Below, in pieces: positions 12,940 through 26,610 of a stretch of DNA of 64,000 bases. Position 1 is the stretch's first letter, and the number at the start of each line of letters is the position of its first letter. Position numbers and translations under genes: made by a program. The DNA lies in assembly GCF_006345805.1 (NCBI RefSeq), contig NC_043008.1, positions 9,486,001 to 9,550,000 on the forward strand, given 5' to 3'. Under the pieces are notes generated by a model. The model was given only the letters and a program-made list of their open reading frames with translations. It did no database searches and was not told the origin of the DNA. Source of the DNA: Octopus sinensis. Its lineage: Eukaryota.

Positions 12940-13205
12940 GGATATATATGCATACATACAGATAGACAGGTAGACTGACAGATAGATAGAGAGAGAGAGA
13001 GATAGAGTGATAGATAGAGAGATAGAGAGAGAGTGAAATAGAGAGGTAGAGAGATAGAGAGATAGAAAGATAGATAGATATGTGGGTAGGTAGATATAGA
13101 TACATACATACATATAGAAAGACAGACAGATAGACAGATGAATAGGTAAACAGAGAGAGAGAGAGTGTGAAATAGATAGATAGATAGATAGATAGATAGA
13201 CAGGC

Positions 13206-13274
<69 letters not shown>

Positions 13275-13421
13275 TAGATATGTGGGCAGGTAGATAGATA
13301 GATACATACATAGACAGACAGACAGATAGATGAATAGGTAAACAGATAGATAAATAGATAGACAGAGAGAGCAGTAGACACACAAACACATAGGCAGGTA
13401 AGTAGACAGGTACTGACTTTG

Positions 13422-13456
<35 letters not shown>

Positions 13457-13631
13457 TATATATATATATATGGATGTATGCATGTATGTATGTATTATGA
13501 AATATGTTTATATATGTATATATATATAATATATATATATATTATGTATGTATATATATATATATATGCATATATATGTATATATTATATATATATATAT
13601 ATATGTATGTATATATATATATATATATATA

Positions 13632-13671
<40 letters not shown>

Positions 13672-13696
13672 ATATATATGCATATATATGTATATG

Positions 13697-13765
<69 letters not shown>
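12940..13765. repeat. Compound (GATA)n/(GA)n/(TA)n/(TG)n microsatellite
   Basis: Read directly from the sequence. Confidence 0.95.
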
Positions 13766-13768
<3 letters not shown>

Positions 13769-14044
13769 AACAAATATTTCACAGACAAAGTCAATTAAGT
13801 CTGTACATCAAGTATCTTAGAAACAAAAGTGATAAATAGCTAAGAGCTTATACTTTCCACTGATTTCAAATAAGCTCGTTAATTCTTTAGTTTGTTCATT
13901 TTCTGTGGTTAATGATGTTTTTCAGAGAGAAGAAACTGCAGCCGCCACTGTTGGAACATAGTTTATTTGGTACCTACAGAAATGTAAATAAGTAAATAAA
14001 TAAGTAATTAACACAAACGCTTGTACTGCTGCTGCTGCTGCTGC

Positions 14045-14097
<53 letters not shown>

Positions 14098-14199
14098 CAG
14101 ATTAAATTACAAGAGTTTTAACTAAAAATAACTTACCTTTCGTTGTTTTCTTCTTCTTCTTTTGAAACGGATCAATCTCTGCCTTTCTTTTACAGTTCT

Positions 14200-14780
14200 C
14201 TCTTTCTTCCTTTCTTTCTTTCTTTCTCCTTATCTTGGTCTCTTTGGATCACAAGCACTCTCTCTCTCTCTCTCTCTCTCTCTTGTTTCCTCTACCTTGC
14301 TGTCTTGTTCTCTTTTTCTCTTGCTCTCTCTCTTTCTCTCTCTTTCTCTCTCTCTCTTTCTCTCGCTCTCTTGTTCTCTTTTCCTTGCTCTCTTTCTTGC
14401 AATCTTATTCTGTATCTCTTCCTTTCTCTTCCTCTCTTTTGCTCTCCCTCTCTCCCTCTCTCTCTCCCTCTCTCTCTCTCCCTCTCTCTCTCTCCCTCTC
14501 TCTCACTTGTTCCCTCTGCTTTGCTGTCTCTCACAATCTCATTCTTTCTCTCTCTCTCTCTCTCTCGGTCACTCTCTCTCTGTCACTCTCTCTCTCTGTC
14601 ACTCTCTCTCTCTCTGTCACTCTCTCTGTCTCTCTCTCTCTTCCTTGCTCTCCCTCTTGCAATCTTATTCTCTCTTACTTCCATTCTCTTCTTCTTTTTC
14701 TCTCTCTTCTTCTCTTTCGTTCCCTCTATCTTACTTTCACTTTCTCTTGCCCTCCTCCTTTCTCTCTCTCTTTCTCACAC
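14200..14780. repeat. (CT)n-rich polypyrimidine tract
   Basis: Read directly from the sequence. Confidence 0.95.
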
Positions 14781-15580
14781 ATAATTAATTGGATATAAAT
14801 TTAAGCCAACAAAAGCTTAAACACATCCATTATAGCAATGATTAGCATCAAGGCTTTAATAATCATCACCACCAACAACACCAACAACAACAACAACAAA
14901 ATAAACCAAAAACCTAATCAACAACAACAACAACAACAACGTCAACAACAACTTCCACCCCTTGTTACATCATTCTATTATTAGATTTTTTATAAATTTT
15001 TATCTCTTGTATTTTTTTCTCCAAACAGAATCCTCCCAGGAATTTGTTGGAACTCTCTTCAGCTAATTTAATACACTTAAGCCGAGTGTTAAACTAAATT
15101 TGATGGCCACGTAATTCTATGGCATTTAATAGAATTGTTCGGAATATGGTGCAACGCACGTATAATGAGAAGATGAGAGAGATGCAGAGAAGCGGTGGTG
15201 GTGGTGGTGGTGGTGGTGGTCCTGGTGGTGGTGGTCCTGGTGGTGGTGGTGGTGGTGGTGATGGAGAGAACTTCATTTTTCTGTAATGATTCTCTGGACT
15301 GTCTTTGAGCTATTTATTTAGAAGAGGACAGGCAAGAAGAATTTTCGCAACATTAACAGAGTTAAAAACAGTATTGATCAAGTCAGAAAATGTAGAACTT
15401 ATTTTGATTTCAATTTTGCTCTCTCAATTATAATGGATGAGTGTTTGGATGAAAGTGATATTTGCCTACAATGCACAGGCAGGGAGTATATACACACACA
15501 TACATACATACATACACATATATTTATGTGTGTGTATATATATATATATATACACACACATATATATATTTATGTCTGTG

Positions 15581-15611
<31 letters not shown>

Positions 15612-15833
15612 TTTTGAACTCATCTTTGTTTATTGCTCGAAAATTGGCCGTTATTTCTAAAGGGCCAATCAAACAAGTCCATTTTTTAAAGGTGTAGCTT
15701 TTGTAATAGTCTGGATAGAATTCACATATCGGTTCCATTCTAGCAAAAACTGTCCGACGAACGGCAACGGGAAACTCAGAGTTACAGGTTTTGTTGAATT
15801 TTCTGCTGCTTTAAATAAAGTATATATATATAC

Positions 15834-15879
<46 letters not shown>

Positions 15880-15882
<3 letters not shown>

Positions 15883-16341
15883 ATACACACACACACACAC
15901 ATGCATATATATATTTATTTATATATTTATAAGAAATAAATAAGATTCAGTTGAATTTGGTACTTAGGTTGAGGCAGCAACTGAGTCGAGTATTGTCTTT
16001 CAAACTGCTGTATTGTTTGCATTGATCAATAAAATGGAGCCACTTGAAACGGCCATAATGCACTGATACCAAGCCACCCTTGTTACTCATTTGCTATATA
16101 TATATATATGAGAACAAAGTGTACATACACCACTATGTATATATATAAAATAAAATACAAAATGGGACAAGAACACAAAACATCTGGACAACTAGGTGAT
16201 ACAAAAAAGGGGACAACAAAACATCCAGATAGGCAATAGAAAAAAAACATGGACAGGTCATTCAAAACCTTTTATCTTCAGTCAAGAACCAGATCATCCT
16301 CACAATTTCAGCTGATTAATATATATATATATATATATATA

Positions 16342-16376
<35 letters not shown>

Positions 16377-16789
16377 TGCATATATATATTTATTTATATA
16401 TTTATAAGAAATAATAAGATTCAGTTGAATTTGGTACTTAGGTTGAGGCAGCAACTGAGTCGAGTATTGTCTTTCAAACTGCTGTATTGTTTGCATTGAT
16501 CAATAAAATGGAGCCACTTGAAACGGCCATAATGCACTGATACCAAGCCACCCTTGTTACTCATTTGCTATATATATATATATGAGAACAAAGTGTACAT
16601 ACACCACTATGTATATATATAAAATAAAATACAAAATGGGACAAGAACACAAAACATCTGGACAACTAGGTGATACAAAAAAGGGGACAACAAAACATCC
16701 AGATAGGCAATAGAAAAAAAACATGGACAGGTCATTCAAAACCTTTTATCTTCAGTCAAGAACCAGATCATCCTCACAATTTCAGCTGA

Positions 16790-16810
<21 letters not shown>
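15880..16810. repeat. Near-identical 474-bp direct tandem duplication
   Basis: Identical ORFs at 16083..16265 and 16557..16739; units bounded by TA/CA microsatellites. Confidence 0.92.
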
Positions 16811-16835
<25 letters not shown>

Positions 16836-17732
16836 TATATATATGAGAGAGGGTGGGGGAGAATAAGTGAGAGATAGAAAAATATATAGATACACACACA
16901 CATATAAATTCCTAAAGAGAGAATTCCATGAATACAAAATAAACAGTTAAAACAACAACAATATTCTCAAGTGAAATATCAACAATTATTTTCATGCCTC
17001 CAGGTAAAAAATAGAAAAATGCAAAAAAAAAAAAAAAGAAATGTATACCAAACATTTTGAATTCAAACCCCAGCAAAAGTTTGAAGTAATTCTTTTGATG
17101 CCATTAATTACTAACAGAATGTTAGATTAAAAAATCCCAGGAGAAATCATTGAGGTCATATGTCTGAGAATCTGGGCTTTTCGTTTACCAAGGTAACATA
17201 CGAAGAGGAAGCAGTAACTTTATTCTGTTGTTAGAAATCAAAAGCTTTATAACTTAAACACATTCTTCCACTATCTGAAATATTATTGGCTATTTCTAGA
17301 ACATTCTTTTAGTACTTTGCCAGGGTTTTTTCTCTGCATCATCGTTTACTGTAAAATTCTTCATACAGTAACCAGTGGAAATATCAGTTTTCAACGGGTG
17401 GTGTTGAGCAAGAAATTGCTAAATGCAGAACGGAATGACAGCAAATAGTGCAAACACTGTTGCTTGGCTAAGAGAAATTATTTGGACAAAAAGCAATATT
17501 TATGGGGCATTTTTGTTTGTGTTTTTTTTTGTTTTTTGTTTTATGGGTTTTTTTTGGTGTTTTAAGAGCCAAGAGTTGTTTGATGGAAGGGTTTGGGGGA
17601 TGTTGTGTTGATTAGCTATTTCATATTCTGAATTCATCAGTTAGTGTTTGTGTGAGTGTGTGTGTGTGTGTACACATATACTCAGCCCTCACTGTAAAGA
17701 GGGACATTAAATGATGATGATGTATATACATT

Positions 17733-17771
<39 letters not shown>

Positions 17772-18469
17772 ACATGCACACACACAGACACACTTGATAG
17801 GTGCAGGTATGGCTGTGTGATTGAGAAGTCTGCTTCCCAACCATGGCATCGACTGGCCTCCTCCCCTCAAAAATTTCGAGTCTTGTCCCAAGAGTAGAAA
17901 AGAATATAGTGAGGAAGTAGTTCAGTTGAGTGAACAAGTGAACGCGGATTGTTAGAGCAGACAGAATGTTGTATATATCATATATATTCTTTTCTGCACT
18001 AGGCACAAGGCCTGATATTTGAGGGGAGGGGGCCAGTCGATTAGATTGACCCCAGTACGCAACTGGTACTTAATTTATCGACCCCGAAAGGAACAAAGGC
18101 AAAGTCGACCTCAGCAAAATTTGAACTCAGAACCTAATAACACATGAAATACTTATTTCTTTACTACCCACAAGAGGCTAAACGCAGAGAGGACAAACAA
18201 GGACAGACAAACAGATTAAGTTGATTACATCAATCCTAGTGTGTAACTGGTAGTTAATTTATCGACCCCGAAAGGATGAAAGGCTAAGTCGACCTTGGTG
18301 GAATTTGAACTCAGAACGTAGCAGCAGACGAAATACCGCTAAGCATTTCGCCCCACATGCTAACGATTCTGTCAGCTCACCGCCTTCTATGCCATATATA
18401 TTCACACTCATAAATTTAGATACTCTTGTTCATCTACTGGAGTTATGAGGATCATCTGGTAATCCTTAA

Positions 18470-18620
18470 CCTTTAGACATTCAGATTATTCTGTCAAATG
18501 CCATGCTTATTTAATCACATTGTTTTGAATTAATCCTGTATTATCTCATAGTTTCAAAATTTCAGTGATGTGATTGTTTAATTTTAAAGTGACATTGTTG
18601 TGTAGGTGTGAGAGGCAAAT
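18470..18620. mobile_element. Partial, opposite-orientation copy of the piggyBac-type MITE at 40813-41259
   Basis: TTAACCTTTAGACATTCAGATTATTCTGTCAAATG matches the reverse complement of that element's right end. Confidence 0.65.
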
Positions 18621-19355
18621 ATGTAATTGACAAGTCCTCTCTCCTAAAATTGCTGGCCTTGTGCCAAAATCAGAATATTTTTACTCATACACATACATCC
18701 TCACACTTCCTCACATATACATACTAATATACATTGGTTGATAATCACACTTCTGACTATAGGTAGATATTTGTTAAGCAGTGCAGTGCAAAACAGAACC
18801 TTTCTCTAACTGAAATGAGTTCAAGGTTCGTTAATACTACTCATGTTTACTTTGTACAATGTGTTGGTAGAATTACTTAAGCAAGACTGTGGCATGTGTG
18901 GATTTATGATTGTGCCAAGTCCATTGGAAAGTGTGAGTCCAGTACATCAGGCGAATAAGAAAGAGCAAGAATCATTTTATGGAAGCTAGGTCATTGCTTA
19001 TCATTATGCTGCTGCTGGTAAAAATATTTTTTTAATCATGCATGTACCTTCATAAATTGTTCAAAGTAAAAGTATTTTTATTTATATAAGTCTGTGTTAC
19101 ATTGTCTATGTGTTGGAAGACACACACGCAAACAAACAAAAAAATGTGTTGAAAAACACATGCAAAAAAAATGTGTTGAAAGACACACTCACACACACAC
19201 CCAAAAATATCTATATTTATTATATATACATAGTCTCTTTTTTTTAAGTCTGTGTTGTGTTGTGTTGACAGACTTGCACTTAAAATTCCCTGGTTTTAAT
19301 CAAAACTTGTTAGTTACTAAGGTGACAACACTACTTATTTGTCTATCTTTCACAA

Positions 19356-19394
<39 letters not shown>

Positions 19395-20373
19395 CCCCCT
19401 TTATATTTTCTCACAACAACTTTTTTCCTCCCTTTCTTCCTTCTCTCTACTCAGATATTGTTACAGACAAACAGACAGACAGAGATCAGCTTCTCTATTA
19501 TAATATAAGATTGTGAACATGGCTGTAAAGTTAAAAAATGATGAAGAATTATTTATTCTTCTTACTATGTCTTGTGTCCTGTGTAAGGTACACAACTCTT
19601 ATTCTTTTTTTCCTTCACAGATTTTGATCGCATAAAAACCCCATTTTATTAACAATATATTTTTACAGGAAGAAACAAACGAAAAGAAAACATTAAATTA
19701 ATCAATTAATACAGTGTTTCTAACTTTATTAGAGCTAACTCTTTACCATTCACATCAACCTGGGTCTATAAAATAAGCTGTCAGTTGTGAAATGATCAAA
19801 CAAAGTTTATAGTGGCTGATAGCAATGAAATACACTGAAGTACAAAAGGGTGATTAAACCTATATATATTAATCAATCTATATTAATCAGTGATCCGACT
19901 TGATTGATTTTTTTTTAAGTCAGAAATTCTCTTTTTTTTTTTTTGATTTATTTATTTCGAATCTATTATCAACATATTTTTACAGGAAGAAAAGAAAGAA
20001 AAAAATCACCGAAATAATAAAAAATTAAATTAACAAGGATAAAAACCCTATAACTACCTTACCAAGGAAACAAAGAAAATAATTTTAAAAATGGGGTGGA
20101 ATTAAGTAGCGGAAGAGGTGGATGGAGGGAATAATGGCATATTCAGTTGCTCCTTGCAGACATGAATGCAAAAGTGTTGCTACAGAGAACAACCAGAGAA
20201 ACTCACTGCATCAGCTACCTAACCTCATGGGGCCCATTTCTCAGATGGGCCACTGTTTAATATTTTATTCTGTTGACCAATTCGACTTCTATCAATAAAT
20301 TTATCTTCCAGTTTATTGATATTCCTTCATTGGTTTTATTTTTTATTTTATATTTTTTTTATTTTTCTCTCAG

Positions 20374-20411
20374 GTACCTGGGTAACATTTGGTGCACAAG
20401 TTACAGACGAA
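20374..20411 (+). CDS. KCNAB: Kv-beta exon b, 38 bp: (G)TWVTFGAQVTDE
   Basis: tttttctctcag|GT ACC TGG GTA ACA TTT GGT GCA CAA GTT ACA GAC GAA|gtaagt; phase-compatible with exons a and c. Confidence 0.95.
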
Positions 20412-20484
20412 GTAAGTTTTCTTGTTTTTCACCTTCTCCATTTTCGTTTTCCCTTTTCCTCATCTTCTTCATCTTATTTTTAGA

Positions 20485-21700
20485 CAATACACACACAAAT
20501 ACACACACACAAATACACACACACAAATGCACACACACAAATACGCACACAAATACACACACACAAATACACACACACAAATACACACACACAAATACAT
20601 ACACACAAATACACACACACAAATACACACACACAAATACACACACACAATAATACACACACACACTAATACATACACACAAATACACACACACAAATAC
20701 ACACACAAATACATACACACAAATACACACACACAAATACACACACACAAATACACACACACAAATACACACACACAAATACACACACACAAATACACAC
20801 ACACAAATACACACACACAAATACACACACACAAATACACACACACAAATACACACACACAAATACATACACACAAATACACACACAAATACACACACAC
20901 AAATGCACACACACAAATACACACACACAAATACACACGCACAAATACATACACACAAATACACACACACAAATACACACACACAAATACACACACACAA
21001 ATGCACACACACAAATACACACACACAAATGCACACACACAAATGCACAACACAAATGCACCACACAATACACACCACAAATACACACACACAAATACAC
21101 ACACACAAATGCACACACACAAATACACACACACAAATGCACACACACAAATACATACACACACAAATACACACACACATACACACACTCACACACACAG
21201 ACACATACACACATATGAGCACAATCTTTCACATACGGGCATGCACTCTAACACATATGCATGCTCTCTCTCACACACACACATGCACTTACACATACAT
21301 GCACACTCTCACACACACACATGAATATTGCACACTCTACATACATGCACACACATTCACACACACTGTCACACATATATTCATACTCTCACACACATGC
21401 ACACACACATATGCACACACACATATGCACACACACATGCATACATGCACACTTTCTCACACACATGCACATACACTCATACACACACAAGCACACTTTC
21501 ACAAACGCATGCATACACACTATTACACACTCACATACACATGCACTCACAACTCTCACTCTCTCTCTCACTTACACACACACACCCACACACAGTCACA
21601 CATATACACATACTCTCTCTCACACACACACATGCACACACACACACACACACACACATACACATTCATTAGAAGCTCTACCTTTACTCTGGTGCTATTC
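20485..21700. repeat. (ACACACACAAAT)n minisatellite grading into degenerate (CA)n
   Basis: Read directly from the sequence. Confidence 0.95.
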
Positions 21701-21749
21701 TTAATTTTCTATTCCCGTCGCTTATTTGAAGGTGATTTGAAAAATAGCC

Positions 21750-22350
21750 TATTGTGGTGGTGGTGGTGGTGGTTGTGGTGGTGTGGTGGTGGTGGTGGTG
21801 GTGGTGGTGGTGGTGGTGGTGGTGGTTGGTGGTGGTGGTGGTGGTGGTGGTGGTGGTGGTGGTGGTGGTGGTGGTGGTGGTGGTGGTGGTGGTGGTGGTG
21901 GTGGTGGTGGTGGTGGTGGTGGTGGTGGTGGTGGTGGTGGTGGTGGTGGTGGTGTGGTGGTGGTGGTGGTGGTGGTGGTGGTGGTGGTGGTGGTTGTGGT
22001 GGTGGTGGTGGTGGTGGTGGTGGTGGTGGTGGTGGTGGTTGTGGTGGTGGTGGTGGTGGTGTGGTGGTGGTGGTGGTGGTTGTGGTGGTGGTGTGGTGGT
22101 GTGGTGGTGGTGGTGGGTGGTGGTGGTGGTGTTGGTGGTGGTGGTGGTGGTGGTGGTGGTGGTGGTGGGGGTGGTGGTGGTGGTGGTGGTGGTGGTGGTG
22201 GTGGTGGTGGTGGTGGTGGTGGTGGTGGTGGTGTGGTGGTGGTGGTGGTGGTGGTGGTGGTGGTGGTGGTGGTGGTGGTGTGGTGGTGGTGGTGGTGGTG
22301 TGGTGGTGGTGGTGTGGTGGTGTGGTGGTGGTGGTGGTGGTGGTTGTGGT
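21750..22350. repeat. About 600-bp (GGT)n trinucleotide tract
   Basis: Read directly; source of the poly-W/G/V and poly-P/T/H ORFs. Confidence 0.97.
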
Positions 22351-22438
22351 GCATATTATGTTGATGGTTTTGGTTGCAGCATTGATAGTGATAGAGGTGA
22401 AGTCAGTAATGATGGTGGCAACAAAGGTGTGTTGTTGT

Positions 22439-22475
<37 letters not shown>

Positions 22476-23874
22476 GGTGGTGGTGGTGGTGGTGGTGGTG
22501 GTTGTGTTTATGGGGGTGTTTTTTTTTTTGCTTTTGTATAGCCTCAGGAACAAACCAATAATGAAAGGCATTCCATCTCTTCCTCAGATACAGTCGTATT
22601 TTAGGGTTCCATTATGCAATTTGTCCGTTCTTCAAAAACGGAAAGGTATAATTAGACACGTAGCTGGGAGTTATTGCCTCTGAGTTGTCAGCAAAAGTCT
22701 TTTTTTTTCTTCCGGCAAAGATCTGACACTTTGATACGTGTATAAGAAATGCTGAGCTGTGCAGTAAGGAGACAAAGCAAGGAATGGGAAGAATATGCAA
22801 AAGCTGGAAAGAAATAAGGCCTTTGTGCTTTTGCTGAATGCATAGGGTCAGCATAAGAGGGAACACAAGTCATCTGAAAGTTAAAAAGTTAAAACTGGAC
22901 AGCAGAGGTATTGATTGTAGTGTGGAAGAGAGAGTGTTGTAGTGGTATGGATATGCAATGCATATGAAGAATGATAAATAGATGGTGGTGGGGAGGGAGG
23001 TCGGAGTGTGGAATAATGCGGGTAAGAGGAGTCTGTGAAAGAGGAAGAGTGAAAGACCGAAAGAGATGTGGACAGTAGTGAGAAATGGACACAGAATGCT
23101 GAAGCTTACTTGGGGGATGAGGGAGGACTAAAACAGGTTGGGGGCCTCTGCGTTGGAATTGAACTGTTTAACCCTTACCAACATGGTAAGTGGTGATGGC
23201 TTTGGTGACAGCAGTGGTGGTGATGGTAGTAGTGGTGTTGCTGTTATTGGTGGTGATGGTTTTGTTGTTGGTGGTTGCTGTTGCTGTTGAGCGAACGGTC
23301 TTCGTCCCAGAGCTCGCAAGATGGGAGAAGTCCGAAACGTGGTCCTTTGCTATTCTTAAGACCCGCAGAAGAGAAAGCAGGTCAAACCCCGACACCGAGA
23401 GCATCGACGGATGGATGAATGCGCATCCAGGCTCAGCTGTTGCATAGGAAGTCGGGGACAAGAAACAGGAAGAAAGAGTGAGAGAAAGTTGGGGCAAAAG
23501 AGTACCACCCCCTGCCAGAGCCTCGTGGAGGTTTAAGTGTTTTCGCTCAATAAACACACACAATGCCCGGTCTGGGAATCGAAGTTGTTGGTGGTGGTGA
23601 TGGTCGCGATCAACACAGTCATTGTCATGATAATGGAGGTAGTAGTAGCAGTTTTGATGGAGTGTATTGGTGGTGGAGTGTGCTGGTGCTACTAATCATT
23701 TATTTTCTTGGAATATGGGTAGAAATTTATAAGGGAGAACATGTAGCAGATTAGATTTAAACTAATTCTCATTTTTTTTTGGTCCAGTACAGATGGAAGG
23801 TCAAAGTACATCCCATTAGAACTGAAACTTAAATTCTAGAATTTAACTGGAGAAACCATGTATCCCTCTTCTAG

Positions 23875-24050
23875 GGAGAGTTTACGAAAAAAACAAAAGA
23901 TGAAGACAGGTGGTGTACAAAACAAACAGATGTATTAGTATAACGCTCAGGAATAGAAAAAGTATTTTACGTTTCGAGCCTACGCTCTTCTACAGAAAGG
24001 GACACAGAAAAAACAAGGAGAGAAAAAAAAATGTGTGTAGTGGCTAGGAC
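23875..24050 (-). mobile_element. Penelope-like pseudo-LTR fragment with a hammerhead-like core
   Basis: Homologous to 29391-29724; minus strand reads CTGTAGA A GAGC GTAG GCTC GAAAC GTA. Penelope assignment is inferred. Confidence 0.55.
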
Positions 24051-26167
24051 ACCAATTTCTGCCTCTTTATCTTACTTTCATCTCTTGTCACCCAGTACAA
24101 AGTCACCTTTCCTCAAAATTACTTGCACCTCAGTTGGGGTGAGTGGTCTTGTCTTGCAAGTTACTTGGTCACCCCGTTAGTGCCAGTGCCATATAAAAAG
24201 TACCCATTGTACTCTGTAAAGTGGTTGGCATTTTGGAAGGGCATTCGGTCATAGAAACCATATCGAAGTAGACATCAGAGCCTGGCACATTCCTCTAGTC
24301 TGCCAGGTCCTGCTGAGCCATCCAGTTCATGCTGGCGTAAGAAAACTGATGTTAAATGGTGATGACGTGATGGTGATAAAACTATAAAAGTCTGGAAACA
24401 TTGACAGGATAATGGATTTAGGAATGCCATGGTTTCAAACTAAACACAAAGGATTAATAAAGAAATATGGAGAATCTTAAAATAAATGATTGAACACACA
24501 CATACGGTTATGGTTTGCACACACACACGCATTACACATACACATTACACACACACACAAACACATTATACTCACACAAGTATACATACACACACAAACA
24601 CACACACATATACACACACATATGCACACATACACACTCATACTAACAAATAGAGTGACACATACACTACTAAAACATGCCAATGGGGAAGCCTGTAGGC
24701 AGTTGCTCAAAGTGCTAGAAATAACAAACAAATTCTTGAAAATAATAATCCTATCATCTTCAGTATTTTTTGTTATTTACAGGTTTCAGTCATTAGACTG
24801 TGACCATGCTGGGGCATAATGTAGTCATATTTGATTATAAATCAACTTAATTGGAGCTGACTAATGACTAAACAACAATAAAACTAATAACACAAGCAGA
24901 ATGTAACACATTTATACTAACTATAGACTGATGTGGGGACACACACATGCAAATACACATGCACACATACATACATATGCACAAACACACATACACACGT
25001 GTGCATGCACACACACATGCATGCACGCATACACATGCATGCACACACATGCATATGCACACACACATGCACACACACACATGCATGCATACTCACACAT
25101 ACACACACACAGGCACAGACTCATACACACACGTGGGCACACATACACACGCACACGTACACTACAACCATCACTACCAACATAGGCCATCATATATCGG
25201 CAAATCAAAATCGCTGACGTGGCCAATGACAGTACTTGTGCCAGTGGAACGTTAAAAGCACATCAGAGTGTGATCATTGGCAGGGCCACAGATTGGGCCA
25301 GTGGCACATGAAAAGCACAATTCGGGCGTGATCATTGTCAGTGCCACCGGACTGGCTCCCATGCAGGTAGCACATAAAAAAAAATACCTTTTGAGCATGG
25401 TTGTTGCCAGAACTGCCTGACTGGCCCTCATGCCAGTGGCACATAAAAGCATCCACTACACTCTCAGAGTGGTTGGCATTAGTAAGCTGTAGAAACATTG
25501 CTAGATCAGATTGGAGCCTGGTGCAGCCTCTGGCTTGCCAGTCCTCAGTCAAATTGTCCAACCCATGCCAGAAACTGGATGTTAAATGATGACGACGATG
25601 ATGATGATGACATACAAATTAATACTAACATACAGGCATACATCATCATTTAACATCCGTTTTCCATGCTGGCATGGGTTAGACAGTTTGATAGAAGCTG
25701 GCAAGGCTGGAAAGCTGCACCAGGCTCCAGTTGTCTGGTCACTCCTCCTAACACCAACTAGAGTGTACTGGATGCTTTTTACATGACACCAGCACAGGTG
25801 CTTTTTACATGGCACCAGTGTGGGTGCCTTATATATACATGTGTATATTAATATACATATGTTAATAACTGCACACACACATGCACACACACTCACATAA
25901 CCATTCCTGCTGTCACACATACATTACTATTAAAATATGCACATATATGCACATGATTGCAACTGCTGGTATACACATTCACTGGGTGGTGTTAGGAAGG
26001 GCATCCAGCTGTAAAAATCCTGCCAAAACAGTCACAGAAGTCTGGTGCAGACTTCTGCATGGCTGGCTCCAATCAAACTGTCCCACCCATACCAGCATGG
26101 AAGGTGGATGTTAAACGATGATAATAATGGGATAGACAGACAGATAGGTAGGTAGGTAGGTAGGTAG

Positions 26168-26610
26168 ATACAAAAATTCTATAATTATGAGCATAACTAT
26201 AATTAGGGTTCAGCAAAATTTGCTTCACCACATACCGAAATTTAGAAATAGCAGTTAGAATACTATTTCACTACCATACGAAAAACTCCCAGACAGTAAT
26301 ACTCTACAACCCACACAGGTAAAGAGAAAAAAATATAGAATCCACCCAGCTCTGATTAACTGTATACACGTTTCAGGGTTAAAGAGATGTACACAGATGT
26401 ACCCCGAAACACATATACAGTTAATCAGAGCTGGGTGGATTCTATATTTTTTTCTCTTTACCTGCGTGGGTTGTTGAGTATTGCTGTCTGGGAGATATCT
26501 TATGGAAGTAGAATAGTATTTAACTGTTATTTCTAAATTTCGGTATGTGGTGAAGCAAATTTTGCTGAACCCTAATTATAATTATGCTCATAATTATAGA
26601 ATTTTTGTAT
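26168..26610. repeat. 443-bp imperfect palindrome (arms about 210 bp, 23-nt loop)
   Basis: 26168-26378 is the reverse complement of 26402-26610 (ATACAAAAATTCTATAATTATGAGCAT... / ...ATGCTCATAATTATAGAATTTTTGTAT). Confidence 0.95.

Noticed and set aside
13926-13969. 44-nt AG/GT-bounded segment with the same length and phases as exon a (EKKLQPPLLEHSLF), a possible mutually exclusive exon
   Set aside because: No similarity to exon a and a poor donor (GTACCT); probably coincidence
15094-15276. Proline-rich ORF MKFSPSPPPPPPPGPPPP...
   Set aside because: Produced by a (GGT)n tract; no independent sign of coding
20401-22683. Long ORFs of 200-512 aa (poly-H/T, C/V, W/G/V)
   Set aside because: Translations of stop-free microsatellites; the same applies to 12706-14798, 47836-48192, 56646-57722 and 60971-61340
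23300-23350. Hammerhead-like CAGAG...GGA GAAG TCC GAAAC GTG GTC CTTTG on the + strand
   Set aside because: The core reads CTCGCAAGATG rather than CUGANGA; too far from the consensus to claim
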